Source: Candidatus Hydrothermarchaeota archaeon (lineage in GTDB: Archaea; Hydrothermarchaeota; Hydrothermarchaeia; Hydrothermarchaeales; CAZSVW01). Taken from it: a stretch of 36,238 nucleotides of DNA. Location: NCBI GenBank assembly GCA_964610485.1, contig CAZSVW010000001.1, positions 1 through 36,238 on the forward strand, in the 5' to 3' direction. The position numbers and the translations under genes are program-made. A model generated the notes under the pieces. It was given only the letters and a program-made list of their open reading frames with translations, searched no databases and was not told where the DNA came from. This document shows, one piece after another, positions 25,039 to 34,301 of this stretch. The stretch's first letter is position 1. Every line of letters begins with the position of its first letter.

Positions 25039-26133
25039 TTATCTTCTACTTTGGAGTACTTTTGTAAGGGCTAATACAAATTTATCATTCTCGCTCTTTT
25101 TCCCTATACTCACTCGTATATATTCCCCATCTAAACCTAACAACCCTGTAACGTTCCTTACAAGTATTCCTCTCTTGCATAACTCCTCCACTAACTCGGA
25201 GGCATGGATTTTCAAGAGCTTAATTAAAATGAAATTCGCCTCTGAAGGAAAAGGTCTGACTCCATTTATATTTTTAAGGATATTCATTAAACGTTCCCTT
25301 TCACTTATGATGCGGTTTTTAAGTTTATTAAAATATTCAATCTCCTCCAGTGCTTTAGCTGCTGCTATCTCAGCAATCCTAGAAATTGAAAAGGGTTGTC
25401 TTACCTTTTCTATTAAACTGGCCAAAGTTGGATTTGTAATTGCATATCCTACCCTTAATCCTGCCAAACCAAAAAATTTTGAAAAAGAACGGACTACTAT
25501 CAGATTATCATACTTTTTGACTTTAGAAACAATGCTTCTTCCATAAAACTCTGAATAGGCCTCATCTACAATAACTGGGGTGTCTATGCTCTCTATTATA
25601 TTACATAATTCTTTTTCCTCAATTACCGAACCTGTAGGGTTATTTGGAGAACACAAAAAAAGAAGCTTTGCACCCTTGCAACTGTCGGTTATCTCCTCAC
25701 TTTTAGGAATAAAATTTTCTTCCTCTTTCATTTTAATAGTTTCTATACTTGCATCCCTAAGCATGGAATAAAAAAAATACAAAGTATAGGTGGGTACCGG
25801 GATTACAACCTTATCAAACGGCTCTAAAAAAATATTAGAGATGCTCTGAATAATTTCTGTTGCTCCATTTCCTACTGCAATATGATCTGGGGGGAGTTTT
25901 ACGTATTCTGAAATCTTTTCTTTAAGGAGAGTATAGTTGGGGTCTGGATATCTTGGTATACTATCTAGCGCATGCACGACCGACTCGATTAAACTTTCAG
26001 GCGGGGGGAATGGATTTTCATTGGACTTTAGATTAACTATAGCACTCAAAGGTATACCGTATTTTTTTGAAATTTCGATAGGATCTATTCCATAATCATA
26101 TTTTCCAATGAATTCTACTGTTTTCCTTACCAT
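25039..26133 (-). CDS. hisC: Class-II PLP-dependent aminotransferase, histidinol-phosphate aminotransferase family
   Basis: LKSNENPFPPP, GNGATE, CSPNNPTG, VDEAYSEF and the RSFSKFFGLAGLRVGY PLP-lysine motif. A CobD-type alternative cannot be excluded. Confidence 0.72.
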   Translation of the reverse strand: MVRKTVEFIGKYDYGIDPIEISKKYGIPLSAIVNLKSNENPFPPPESLIESVVHALDSIPRYPDPNYTLLKEKISEYVKLPPDHIAVGNGATEIIQSISNIFLEPFDKVVIPVPTYTLYFFYSMLRDASIETIKMKEEENFIPKSEEITDSCKGAKLLFLCSPNNPTGSVIEEKELCNIIESIDTPVIVDEAYSEFYGRSIVSKVKKYDNLIVVRSFSKFFGLAGLRVGYAITNPTLASLIEKVRQPFSISRIAEIAAAKALEEIEYFNKLKNRIISERERLMNILKNINGVRPFPSEANFILIKLLKIHASELVEELCKRGILVRNVTGLLGLDGEYIRVSIGKKSENDKFVLALTKVLQSRR

Positions 26134-26448
26134 TTAACCTTCTATAGCCTCTTTAAGGTTGTCTATCTCTTTCTTTAGGTCTTCAAGTGGGAGGACTCCT
26201 GTTTCTTTCTCTTCTGCCCCTGCAAGCGCCCAGAATAATCGTGCTACTACTACCATCAATTTCCCCGCATATCCAGGGGAGTAGGGTAATAGTTCCGCGG
26301 CAACATCTCCACACTTCTCTAGCACTCCCTTATCCAACTTTTTAGCTTTTTCGGCTGCAGCCCCTAAAACAGAGATTCCTTTCCCTAGCACTTGTTCCCT
26401 TGCCGCATACGCTTTAGCGGCTTCGCTAGTGACCCTATGCACTCCCAT
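26134..26448 (-). CDS. Hypothetical Ala/Gly-rich 104-aa protein
   Basis: Strong SD (GGAGGTGAT, plus-strand 26455-26463) 6 nt before the ATG. Its stop TAA is directly followed by the aminotransferase ATG. No motif I recognise. Confidence 0.6.
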   Translation of the reverse strand: MGVHRVTSEAAKAYAAREQVLGKGISVLGAAAEKAKKLDKGVLEKCGDVAAELLPYSPGYAGKLMVVVARLFWALAGAEEKETGVLPLEDLKKEIDNLKEAIEG

Positions 26449-26465
26449 TTCTATATCACCTCCTC

Positions 26466-27929
26466 CTAATAGTCAAGATATTTCATTATTTCCCACGGAG
26501 TTACATATAAGCAATATTGATTCCACTCGTCTATCTTTAAACTGATAAATGCTTCATATATGTGGTCTCCAAGCGTCTCTTGAAGGACTTCATCTGTAGT
26601 CAAGTGATCGATAGCATCTCTCAATGTGGTTGGAAGTTCACCTACTCCATATTTTTTCTTTTCTTCTGGGGTAAGCTCGTACATATCTTCTCTTAATGGG
26701 TCTCCCGGTTCAATCTTTTTCTTTATCCCATCAAGTCCGGCTGATAGCAAACACGAAAACGCTAGATAAGGATTGCAGCTTGGATCAACTGCCCTATATT
26801 CGCATCTTATAGTTTTTGGGCTTTTGAAGTAAATTGGAACTCTGATAAGAGCGCTTCTGTTCCTTGGACTCCAACTGATATTAATTGGTGCCTCAAATCC
26901 TGGTACTAAGCGTTTATAGCTATTCACCGTGGGGCAGCACACCGCAGTCAGGGCCTTAGAATGCTCTATCAATCCTCCTATGAAATATCTAGCTGTTTGG
27001 CTCAGTCCATATTCATCGTCTTTATCGAAGAATACATTTTCTCCTTTGAAAGGTTCTCCTTTCCAGAGGCTTATATGCGTATGCATTCCACTGGCATTAT
27101 CCAAGTACAGCGGCTTCGGCATAAATGTTGCAATCCATCCGTATTTCTTTGCAATGTTCCTAGCAACAAATTTATAAATATAGAATGCATCTCCGCATTC
27201 AACCACTTCTTTGGGACTAAAGTCCAGCTCTATCTGTCCTGCCGTAGCTACCTCGTGATGGTGGTATTCAACTTTCACTCCCATTTGAGTTAGATAGTAT
27301 GCTACTTCATTTCTATAATCGTTGGTTGTATCCTCTGGAGGAGCTCTGAAGTATGCTTCTTTTGGTCTGAGTATAATTCCGCCAGGAGTTATTTCTGGTG
27401 AACGAGGTACCACCCTCGGAGGACCCCAAGAGTCTCCTTTGCCTCCGTTTGGGGATACCCATAAATCATACTCTAGTTTTGTGGGATCAATGCTTTCAAA
27501 TACGAAATACTCTATCTCTGGACCAAATATTGCCCTATATCCCATTTTCTCTGCTTTTTTCATAGCTCTTCTAGCAACATATCCCCTTGGATCTACTTCG
27601 GAAACTACTCCGCCCCCTTTTTCTCCAAATGCTTCATATATGTCTCCGAAAATTATTGCAGACTTCTGTATTGGGTCATCTATCCAAGGAATGACTCTAG
27701 TAGTAGCTGCATCAGGCACCCAAACCATATCGCTCATTTCGATTGTTTTAAATCCTCTAATAGAAGACCCATCAAACCCTATTCCCGTTTCGAAAGCATC
27801 CCCCTCTATAAATCCATCCGCTGGAATTGTAAAGCTCTGTAATATCCCTCTGACATCGCTAAAGAAGCAGAGTACATTTTTTACCTTTGCTTCTTTCAAT
27901 TTTCTTATAGCTTCCTCACGCCCGGACAT
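26466..27929 (-). CDS. glnA: Glutamine synthetase type I
   Basis: FDGSSI.GF, GPE.EYF.F, HHEVA.AGQ.E, KP....NGSGMH-like (DNASGMHTHISLW), NSYKRLVPG.EAP and SPRNRSALIRVP. Confidence 0.95.
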   Translation of the reverse strand: MSGREEAIRKLKEAKVKNVLCFFSDVRGILQSFTIPADGFIEGDAFETGIGFDGSSIRGFKTIEMSDMVWVPDAATTRVIPWIDDPIQKSAIIFGDIYEAFGEKGGGVVSEVDPRGYVARRAMKKAEKMGYRAIFGPEIEYFVFESIDPTKLEYDLWVSPNGGKGDSWGPPRVVPRSPEITPGGIILRPKEAYFRAPPEDTTNDYRNEVAYYLTQMGVKVEYHHHEVATAGQIELDFSPKEVVECGDAFYIYKFVARNIAKKYGWIATFMPKPLYLDNASGMHTHISLWKGEPFKGENVFFDKDDEYGLSQTARYFIGGLIEHSKALTAVCCPTVNSYKRLVPGFEAPINISWSPRNRSALIRVPIYFKSPKTIRCEYRAVDPSCNPYLAFSCLLSAGLDGIKKKIEPGDPLREDMYELTPEEKKKYGVGELPTTLRDAIDHLTTDEVLQETLGDHIYEAFISLKIDEWNQYCLYVTPWEIMKYLDY

Positions 27930-27984
27930 TCTCCTACCTCACAAACTTTTTGGTTTTTAATAGGGGTTATAATATTTAATGGTA

Positions 27985-28003
27985 TTTGAGAATTTTTCAT
28001 AAT
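27985..28003. promoter_or_regulatory. Perfect 8-bp-arm palindrome upstream of glnA (candidate operator)
   Basis: TTTCATAA-ttt-TTATGAAA, 56-74 nt upstream of the glnA ATG (27929). It lies just distal to an AT-rich TATA-like stretch (27967-27980). Confidence 0.3.
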
Positions 28004-28271
28004 TTTTATGAAATTTAATTATGAACAAAATAGCTTAAATTTACGGAATAAAACCAAAAGAAGACAATATCTAGGAGATGAAGAACATATAATTCTAGAT
28101 GCTAACCATTGGGTTAATTGAAAATTCACATCCCAAGAAATCCTAGAGGGATTGAAGCTTTGTAACTTTTATAAACTTAGAAAAGTTTTAAAGAACGAAT
28201 ATGTTTTGATATTTAGAGAAGGTATTTGAAGGAATGAAATTAAAATGCAAACATAACCGGAGGATTAAATT

Positions 28272-29216
28272 TCACGCCCAATAAGGTTTCTTTACATATT
28301 TGTATGCATTTAATGCAGCTACCACCGCATCTCCACAAGCCGTAGCAAGCTGTCTCGCTCTATTAACAATATCCCCCGCTGCAAATACACCTTTTATATT
28401 TGTTTCTTGCTTAATATTCACTTCTATAAAATTTTTATTAGTTTTAAGTCCTGCTTTTTTTAAAAATTCAACGGAAGACGATATACCAATGCTTATTATT
28501 ATTTCATCTACACTTATTTTTTTACTTTTTCCCGTTTTGACATTATATACTTCTACTTCTTCAACATGCTCTTTTCCCATTATTCTTTTTATCTCCGTAT
28601 CCCACATTATCTTAACTCCACACGAGAGCAACTTTTCCCTGTAGGTTTCCTCCGCCCTAAGCTCTCCTCTTCTATGTACGAGGGTTATCTCCCTAGCAAT
28701 GCCAGATAATATGAGTGCATTTTCAACCGCCGCATTCCCTCCCCCAACTATTAGTACCTTCCTATTCTTGTATTTCTCGATGGTATCTATTTTATACTCC
28801 ACGCCTCTTCTAAAAAACTTCTCTTCTCCTTCTACATTAAGTTTTCTTGGCTCCCCCCCCGCCAGACCCAAGCACACTATTACGCTCCTACCCATATATT
28901 CCCCTTTCTCTGTTTTCACTATCTTATCCTCTCCACTCAAATTGAGAGAAACAACTTTTTCATCGAATCTTATCTCTGCACCAGAAAGCTCTGCATGATT
29001 TTGGAGTTTTTCTGCTAGTTCCTCTCCAGTAATACCTTTTGGAAATCCTGGAAAATTGTAAATGAGCTTTTTTGGATAGAACTTAATTAATTGTCCTCCT
29101 CCTCTACTTTCAGCTTCTAAAATTAAAGTTTTCATTCCCCTTCTTGCAGCATACATCCCCGCAGTCAATCCTGCAGCTCCGGCTCCCAACACTATTACAT
29201 CGTACTTTTGCACCAT
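28272..29216 (-). CDS. Thioredoxin-reductase-like ferredoxin-NADP+ oxidoreductase (YumC-type FNR); lacks the redox CxxC
   Basis: GAGAAG FAD motif. GGGQLIKFYPKKLIYNFPGFP matches the TrxR-like FNR block (GGQL..LYPEK.IYDV.GFP). GVEYKIDTIEKYKNRKVLIVGGGNAAVENA stands where TrxR has CATCDG. Also HRR..LRA and GVFAAGDI. Confidence 0.75.
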   Translation of the reverse strand: MVQKYDVIVLGAGAAGLTAGMYAARRGMKTLILEAESRGGGQLIKFYPKKLIYNFPGFPKGITGEELAEKLQNHAELSGAEIRFDEKVVSLNLSGEDKIVKTEKGEYMGRSVIVCLGLAGGEPRKLNVEGEEKFFRRGVEYKIDTIEKYKNRKVLIVGGGNAAVENALILSGIAREITLVHRRGELRAEETYREKLLSCGVKIMWDTEIKRIMGKEHVEEVEVYNVKTGKSKKISVDEIIISIGISSSVEFLKKAGLKTNKNFIEVNIKQETNIKGVFAAGDIVNRARQLATACGDAVVAALNAYKYVKKPYWA

Positions 29217-29274
29217 AAATAAGTTCTAAAATACCTTAAACCTTATATACTATTCCCGTATTCTCACTTTAAAT

Positions 29275-30393
29275 ATGTATAAAATTGCGGTTATACCTGG
29301 AGACGGAATAGGACCGGAAGTGATAAGGGAAGGAATTAAAGTACTTGAAGCTACTGGTATTAAGTTTAAATGGATAGAATATCCATATGGAGCAGAGTAT
29401 TATTTAAAAACTGGAGAGGTACTGCCAGATGAAGCTTTAAAAGAAATAGAAAAATGCCATGCTATTTATTTGGGTGCAGTGGGAGACCCCAGAGTAAAAC
29501 CTGGAATTCTAGAAAAAGGATTGCTCCTGAAGCTTAGATTTCATTTCGACCAATTTGTAAATCTAAGGCCCATTAAATTATATCCCGGAGTAAGTTGTCC
29601 ATTAAAAGATAAGAAACCGGAAGATATCAATTTCTATGTAGTAAGGGAAAATACAGAAGACTTCTACATAGGGATGGGCGACAGATTTTCAAAAAAGAAA
29701 CATAAATCGATTCTAGAGGTTAAAAGAAAACTTTACAACCTTAATTTTGAGATATCAATTACTCAAGATAAAGATAGAGAAATCGCATACCAGGTGGGAG
29801 TAATAAGTAGAGAGGGAGCCAGACGTGTGATAAAGTTTGCCTTTGAACTTGCTAAGAGAAAAGGATTAGAGAGAGTTACCTCTGTTGATAAGGCTAATGT
29901 CCTAACCAATGTATATTCTCTCTGGAGAGAGGTATTTGAAGAAGTATCAAAGGAATACAATGGGATAGAAACAGAATTTGCCTACGTAGATGCTATAACT
30001 ATGTGGTTCGTAAAAAATCCAGAGTGGTATAGGGTGGTAGTAACCCCAAATATGTTTGGAGATATAATAACAGATTTAGGGGCGATGATACAGGGGGGCC
30101 TAGGACTAGCTCCCGGTGCCAACATAAATCCTGATGGGATAAGCATGTTTGAGCCCATACATGGCTCTGCTCCTAAATATGCCGGAAAAAATGTGGCAAA
30201 CCCTATAGCCACCATTCTAGCTGGTCAGTTGATGTTAGAACAGTTAGGTGAAGAAAAAGCTGCGGAAATTGTAGAAAAAGCCGTAATTGAAATTTTAAGT
30301 GAAGGTAATTTTAGAACTAGGGATATGGGAGGAACTTCCACCACATCCGAAGTTGGAAATGCTATTGCTAAAAAGGTAGAGGAGTTAGTTTAA
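29275..30393 (+). CDS. Isopropylmalate / tartrate (D-malate) dehydrogenase family beta-decarboxylating dehydrogenase
   Basis: [47 protein letters not shown] and EPIHGSAP. Substrate specificity cannot be resolved from the sequence alone. Confidence 0.85.
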   Translation: MYKIAVIPGDGIGPEVIREGIKVLEATGIKFKWIEYPYGAEYYLKTGEVLPDEALKEIEKCHAIYLGAVGDPRVKPGILEKGLLLKLRFHFDQFVNLRPIKLYPGVSCPLKDKKPEDINFYVVRENTEDFYIGMGDRFSKKKHKSILEVKRKLYNLNFEISITQDKDREIAYQVGVISREGARRVIKFAFELAKRKGLERVTSVDKANVLTNVYSLWREVFEEVSKEYNGIETEFAYVDAITMWFVKNPEWYRVVVTPNMFGDIITDLGAMIQGGLGLAPGANINPDGISMFEPIHGSAPKYAGKNVANPIATILAGQLMLEQLGEEKAAEIVEKAVIEILSEGNFRTRDMGGTSTTSEVGNAIAKKVEELV

Positions 30394-30639
30394 ATGCTGT
30401 CGTCTCAAGAACTGTTTATAATTCTAGCTTTAGTAATACTCTTTTATGGGAGAAAAAAACTTCCAGAACTCGCGAGGGCCTTAGGCAGAGCTAAACGTGA
30501 GTATCACAAAGAGATATCTAAGGATGATGTTATAAAAATTGCTAAAAATTTAGGGATAAATACTGAAGGGAAATCTTACGAGGAGATACTCAAAGAAATA
30601 AATGAGAAAACCAAACTCAGGTTTTCATCGGAACCATAA
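30394..30639 (+). CDS. tatA: Twin-arginine translocase TatA/E-family protein
   Basis: ELFIILALVILFYGRKKLPELARALGRAKREY matches the TatA transmembrane helix, FG-KKLP hinge and amphipathic helix. The ATG directly follows the upstream TAA. Confidence 0.8.
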   Translation: MLSSQELFIILALVILFYGRKKLPELARALGRAKREYHKEISKDDVIKIAKNLGINTEGKSYEEILKEINEKTKLRFSSEP

Positions 30640-30676
30640 GTTTATTAATCAATGTTCCCTATAAAAATAAATAAAA

Positions 30677-33034
30677 ATGCAATATCTATTATTGGATGCA
30701 GATTATGAAAGTAAAAATGGAAAACCTATAATCAAACTTTGTTTAAAGAGGGAAAAAACAATAGTAGCATATGATGAATCTTTTTTGCCATATTTTTATG
30801 TTCATGTAAAGGATGAAGAGGAATTCAAGAGAAGTTTAAGGAAATTTAATATAAAAGAATTTAAAATTGAAGAAAAGATGATTTTTGGGAAACCTTTAAG
30901 GATCTTTAAGCTAATCTTACCGCATCCTCAAGATGTTCCAAAAATACGAGACAAAATCAAAAATCTTCCAGAAGTTGAGGAGATTTATGAATACGACATC
31001 CCATTTGCACGAAGATATTTGATAGATAAGGGACTTACACCCATGAATTTAGTAGAGGCAGATATAGAGGAAAGAGATGGTCGCTACTTTATAAAGAAAA
31101 TTAAACCTGCAGGAGAGGCTACTCTATCTCTAAGGGTGATGGCATTTGACATAGAAGTATACAATCCGATGGGAGCCCCGAGGCCAGAAAAAGACCCCAT
31201 AATAATGATAAGCTTGTGCTCAAACTATGGTTTAAGGAAAGTTCTAACTTGGAAAAAACCAATTAAAGATTACGATTTTGTGGAAATCTGCCAAGACGAA
31301 AGAGATATGCTATCCAAATTTTTAGAAATTATAGAGAAGGAAGATATTGATATTCTAATCGGGTATAACACAGATAACTTCGATTTTCCTTACCTTAAAT
31401 CCAGATTTAAAAAACTTAAACTGAAATTAGAACTCGGAAGAGACGGAGGAGAACCGAAAATTAAAAGCAGAAGAGGACTTCCAGAAGCTAGGATATTTGG
31501 GAGATGCCATGTAGACTTGTATCCAATTATAAGGAGGAGCATTACCCTAAGCAGTTATGTGCTTGAAAATGTTGTCAGGGAGCTCCTTGGAATTGAAAAA
31601 GAGAAGATACCTGGAGAAAAACTTTGGGAATTCTGGAATAGTGGAGGAGAGAAACTTTGCAAACTCATAGAATATTCAATGGAAGATGCAACAACAACCA
31701 TGAAACTAGGAGAGAAGTATCTCCCAATTTACATAGAGCTCTCTCGTCTCGTAGGTCAAACCTTATTCTCTGTCGCAAGAATGACATACGGACAAATGGT
31801 AGAATGGACACTGCTTAGAGAAGCATACAAACATGGAGAGATAGCTCCTAACAAGCCGCGGGGAAGAGAGTACATAGCAAGAGAAGAGGAGAGCTATGCT
31901 GGAGGTTATGTTGTTGAACCGAAAAAAGGTATGGCTGAGAATATTGCGGTCTTTGATTTTAGAAGCCTATACCCCAGCATAATCGTCACCCATAATATCG
32001 ACCCTTCCACCCTAACAATATGTAAGGAAGGGGAGAACAAAGCTCCGGGACTAGACTACTGCTTTCCATCCAATAAAATAGGATTCATTCCAGAAATTCT
32101 TAAAAATTTAATAGATATACGGATAAAAATAAAAAAAGAAATTAAAAAAGTCAAAAATACGGAAATAAGTAGAAATCTAGACGTAAAACAAAAAGCACTT
32201 AAGATTTTAGCTAACAGTTTTTATGGTTATATGGGATATGCAAGAGCTAGGTGGTACAAAAAGGAATGCGCGGAAAGCGTTACAGCATTTGCCCGCATGT
32301 ACATAAAAAAAGTTATGAAAATAGCCGAAGAAAAATTTGGTTTAGAGGTAATATATGGGGACACAGACTCCCTTTTCACCGTTATACCCCAAGAAAAAAG
32401 GGATGAAATCGTAAGTCAGTTTTTGAGTTATGTTAATGATATATTACCTGGAATTATAGAGCTTGAATTTGAGGGATTCTACAAGCGAGGAATCTTCGTA
32501 ACTAAGAAAAGATATGCGCTGATAGATGAAGACGGTAAAATAACAGTTAAAGGTCTGGAATTTGTTAGGAGAGATTGGGCTCCGATAGCAAGAAAAACCC
32601 AAGAAAAAGTTCTAAGAGCTCTATTAATGTATGCTTCACCAAAAAAAGCACTTAAAATAGTAAAAAAAGTGATAGACGATATAAGAAATAGGAATGTTAA
32701 ACTTGAGGATCTCGCCATCTATACCCAGCTAACTAAAAAAATTCAAAGCTACAAGAACATAGAACCCCATGTAATAGCAGCACAAAAACTTGAAAAAAAA
32801 GGAAAAAAAGTATATCCAGGGATGATTATCGGATATATCATTGTGAAAGGTAGTAAAAAAATATCTTTCAGAGCAGAACCTATTGAATTTGTATCCATCA
32901 ATGATTATGATCCTGAATATTACATAGAAAATCAGATTATGCCAGCAGTACAGAGAATAATGGAAGCAATTGGATATTCGAAAGATTTCCTGAAATTTGG
33001 AATTAAACAGGAGAGAATAGAAAAATGGTTTTAA
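30677..33034 (+). CDS. polB: Family-B DNA polymerase
   Basis: Exo motifs FDIEV, YNTDNFDFPYL and YSMEDA. Pol motifs DFRSLYPSII, KILANSFYGY and YGDTDS. At 785 aa with contiguous motifs, there is no intein. Confidence 0.95.
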   Translation: MQYLLLDADYESKNGKPIIKLCLKREKTIVAYDESFLPYFYVHVKDEEEFKRSLRKFNIKEFKIEEKMIFGKPLRIFKLILPHPQDVPKIRDKIKNLPEVEEIYEYDIPFARRYLIDKGLTPMNLVEADIEERDGRYFIKKIKPAGEATLSLRVMAFDIEVYNPMGAPRPEKDPIIMISLCSNYGLRKVLTWKKPIKDYDFVEICQDERDMLSKFLEIIEKEDIDILIGYNTDNFDFPYLKSRFKKLKLKLELGRDGGEPKIKSRRGLPEARIFGRCHVDLYPIIRRSITLSSYVLENVVRELLGIEKEKIPGEKLWEFWNSGGEKLCKLIEYSMEDATTTMKLGEKYLPIYIELSRLVGQTLFSVARMTYGQMVEWTLLREAYKHGEIAPNKPRGREYIAREEESYAGGYVVEPKKGMAENIAVFDFRSLYPSIIVTHNIDPSTLTICKEGENKAPGLDYCFPSNKIGFIPEILKNLIDIRIKIKKEIKKVKNTEISRNLDVKQKALKILANSFYGYMGYARARWYKKECAESVTAFARMYIKKVMKIAEEKFGLEVIYGDTDSLFTVIPQEKRDEIVSQFLSYVNDILPGIIELEFEGFYKRGIFVTKKRYALIDEDGKITVKGLEFVRRDWAPIARKTQEKVLRALLMYASPKKALKIVKKVIDDIRNRNVKLEDLAIYTQLTKKIQSYKNIEPHVIAAQKLEKKGKKVYPGMIIGYIIVKGSKKISFRAEPIEFVSINDYDPEYYIENQIMPAVQRIMEAIGYSKDFLKFGIKQERIEKWF

Positions 33035-33708
33035 AAGCTATTTTCTTCGATATAGACGATACCTTGTTTGACAGCACCCAATTGACTATCATGGCTAGAA
33101 GGAACTCCATAAGGGCGATGATAGATGCCGGACTGCCCGTTGATGAAGAAAAGGCTCTAATGATGTTACAGAAAATAATTAAAAGATTAGGACCTAATTA
33201 CCCCAAACACTATGATGAATTACTAAAAGAGCTCGGAATAGGATGGAATCCAAAAATAATAGCTGCTGGAGTGGTAGCCTATGAACATACTAAGATGGGA
33301 TTTCTAAAACCGTTGCCAAAAGTAATACCTACCCTCCTAAAGTTAAAAAAGCGTGGATACAGGCTGGGAGTAATTTCAAACGGTCTAGCAGTCAAGCAGT
33401 GGGAAAAACTTGTATCTCTAGGTCTGCACCATCTTTTCAATGTTGTCGTTACTTCAGAAGAAGTAGGATACGAAAAACCTGACAGGAGAATATTTCAGAT
33501 AGCCGTTGAAAAGCTCAATCTAAAACCCGAGGAGTGTGTAATGGTAGGAGATAGAATTGATGTAGACATTAAAGGTGCAAAATCTCTTGGGATGAAAACG
33601 ATAAGAATAAAGAGAGGAAAACATAAAGCCGAAACTCCAAAAAATGATAAAGAGAAACCTGATTATGAAATTAAAAAGTTTGAAGAACTTTTAGAAATAC
33701 TGCCATGA
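33025..33708 (+). CDS. HAD-superfamily hydrolase, subfamily IA
   Basis: FFDIDDTLFD (DxDxT), GVISNG, K-P and MVGDRIDVDIKGA. Confidence 0.8.
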   Translation: MVLKAIFFDIDDTLFDSTQLTIMARRNSIRAMIDAGLPVDEEKALMMLQKIIKRLGPNYPKHYDELLKELGIGWNPKIIAAGVVAYEHTKMGFLKPLPKVIPTLLKLKKRGYRLGVISNGLAVKQWEKLVSLGLHHLFNVVVTSEEVGYEKPDRRIFQIAVEKLNLKPEECVMVGDRIDVDIKGAKSLGMKTIRIKRGKHKAETPKNDKEKPDYEIKKFEELLEILP

Positions 33709-34301
33709 TCAAAAAAATAAAAGAAGCCTCAAAATTGATCAGATCTGGAAAACTTGTCATCTATCCTACCGACACTCTCTATGCTCTGGGATGTGATGCT
33801 CTAAACGAACATGCGATCCGCCGGGTGTTCTTGGTGAAAAAAAGAAGTTTCTCCAAACCTTTACCTATAGCAGTACATAGCATAGAAATGATGGAACGGT
33901 ATGCGTATTTAAATGAAAAAGCTAAAGTTTTGATAAAAGAATTTTTGCCTGGAGCTTTAACAATAGTTTTAAAGAAAAAAGAGAAAATACCGCATATACT
34001 TACAGCAGGGTTTGATAAAGTTGCTATCAGAATTCCTGCAAATGATATAGCTCTAAGACTTATAGAAGCTGCAGAGGTACCTTTGGTTGCCACAAGTGCA
34101 AACATTTCGGGGGAACCTCCTCCAGCATCGATAGAAAAAATCAAAATAAAAGCTGACTATATACTAGATGGAGGAAAACTAGAGGGTATACCCTCCACAA
34201 TCGTTGACCTAACTGAAAAAAAACCAAAGATTTTGAGGAGGGGCATGATAGATGAACAGAGAATCTTTAAAGTGTTACAGAAAAGCGGGAGAGATAGCTG
34301 A
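33705..34301 (+). CDS. tsaC: L-threonylcarbamoyladenylate synthase, short YrdC/TsaC-type (no Sua5 C-terminal domain)
   Basis: VIYPTDTLYALGCDA, KKRS..KPL, LPGALT, IRIP and TSANISGEPP. Confidence 0.85.
   Translation: MIKKIKEASKLIRSGKLVIYPTDTLYALGCDALNEHAIRRVFLVKKRSFSKPLPIAVHSIEMMERYAYLNEKAKVLIKEFLPGALTIVLKKKEKIPHILTAGFDKVAIRIPANDIALRLIEAAEVPLVATSANISGEPPPASIEKIKIKADYILDGGKLEGIPSTIVDLTEKKPKILRRGMIDEQRIFKVLQKSGRDS

Noticed and set aside
23636-25546. Long plus-strand ORFs 23636-24211 (191 aa) and 24911-25546 (211 aa), opposite the HdrBC-like and aminotransferase genes
   Set aside because: They are shadow ORFs antisense to genes with unmistakable motifs. Their translations are Ser/Leu/Phe/Ile-rich low-complexity sequence with no motifs, as expected when AT-rich coding DNA is read backwards.
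27322-27960. Plus-strand ORF of 212 aa antisense to glnA. The same judgement applies to 26929-27293, 28300-28998, 21275-21690, 7744-8178, 8346-8681, 17957-18361 and 18887-19437
   Set aside because: All lie fully inside confidently identified genes on the other strand. They have a biased S/P/L/F composition and lack start-context signals.
27930-28271. NrpR-type operator (GGAA-N6-TTCC), a C/D-box sRNA or a small ORF in the glnA upstream spacer
   Set aside because: There is no GGAA-N6-TTCC, and no TGATGA/CTGA box arrangement on either strand. The only ORFs are 15 to about 30 codons long and lack ribosome binding sites.
28272-29216. Calling this gene thioredoxin reductase (trxB)
   Set aside because: The redox-active CxxC is absent, and the diagnostic blocks match TrxR-like ferredoxin-NADP+ reductases instead.
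30640-30676. Promoter or leaderless-start signal for polB (AT-rich TTTATTAAT about 30 nt before the ATG)
   Set aside because: In DNA this AT-rich, such matches are frequent. polB may also be read through from tatA. This is not strong enough to report as a feature.
30677-33034. Possible intein in the family-B DNA polymerase
   Set aside because: The length (785 aa) is that of an intein-free enzyme. The motifs SLYPSII, KxxxNSxYG and YGDTDS are contiguous with normal spacing.
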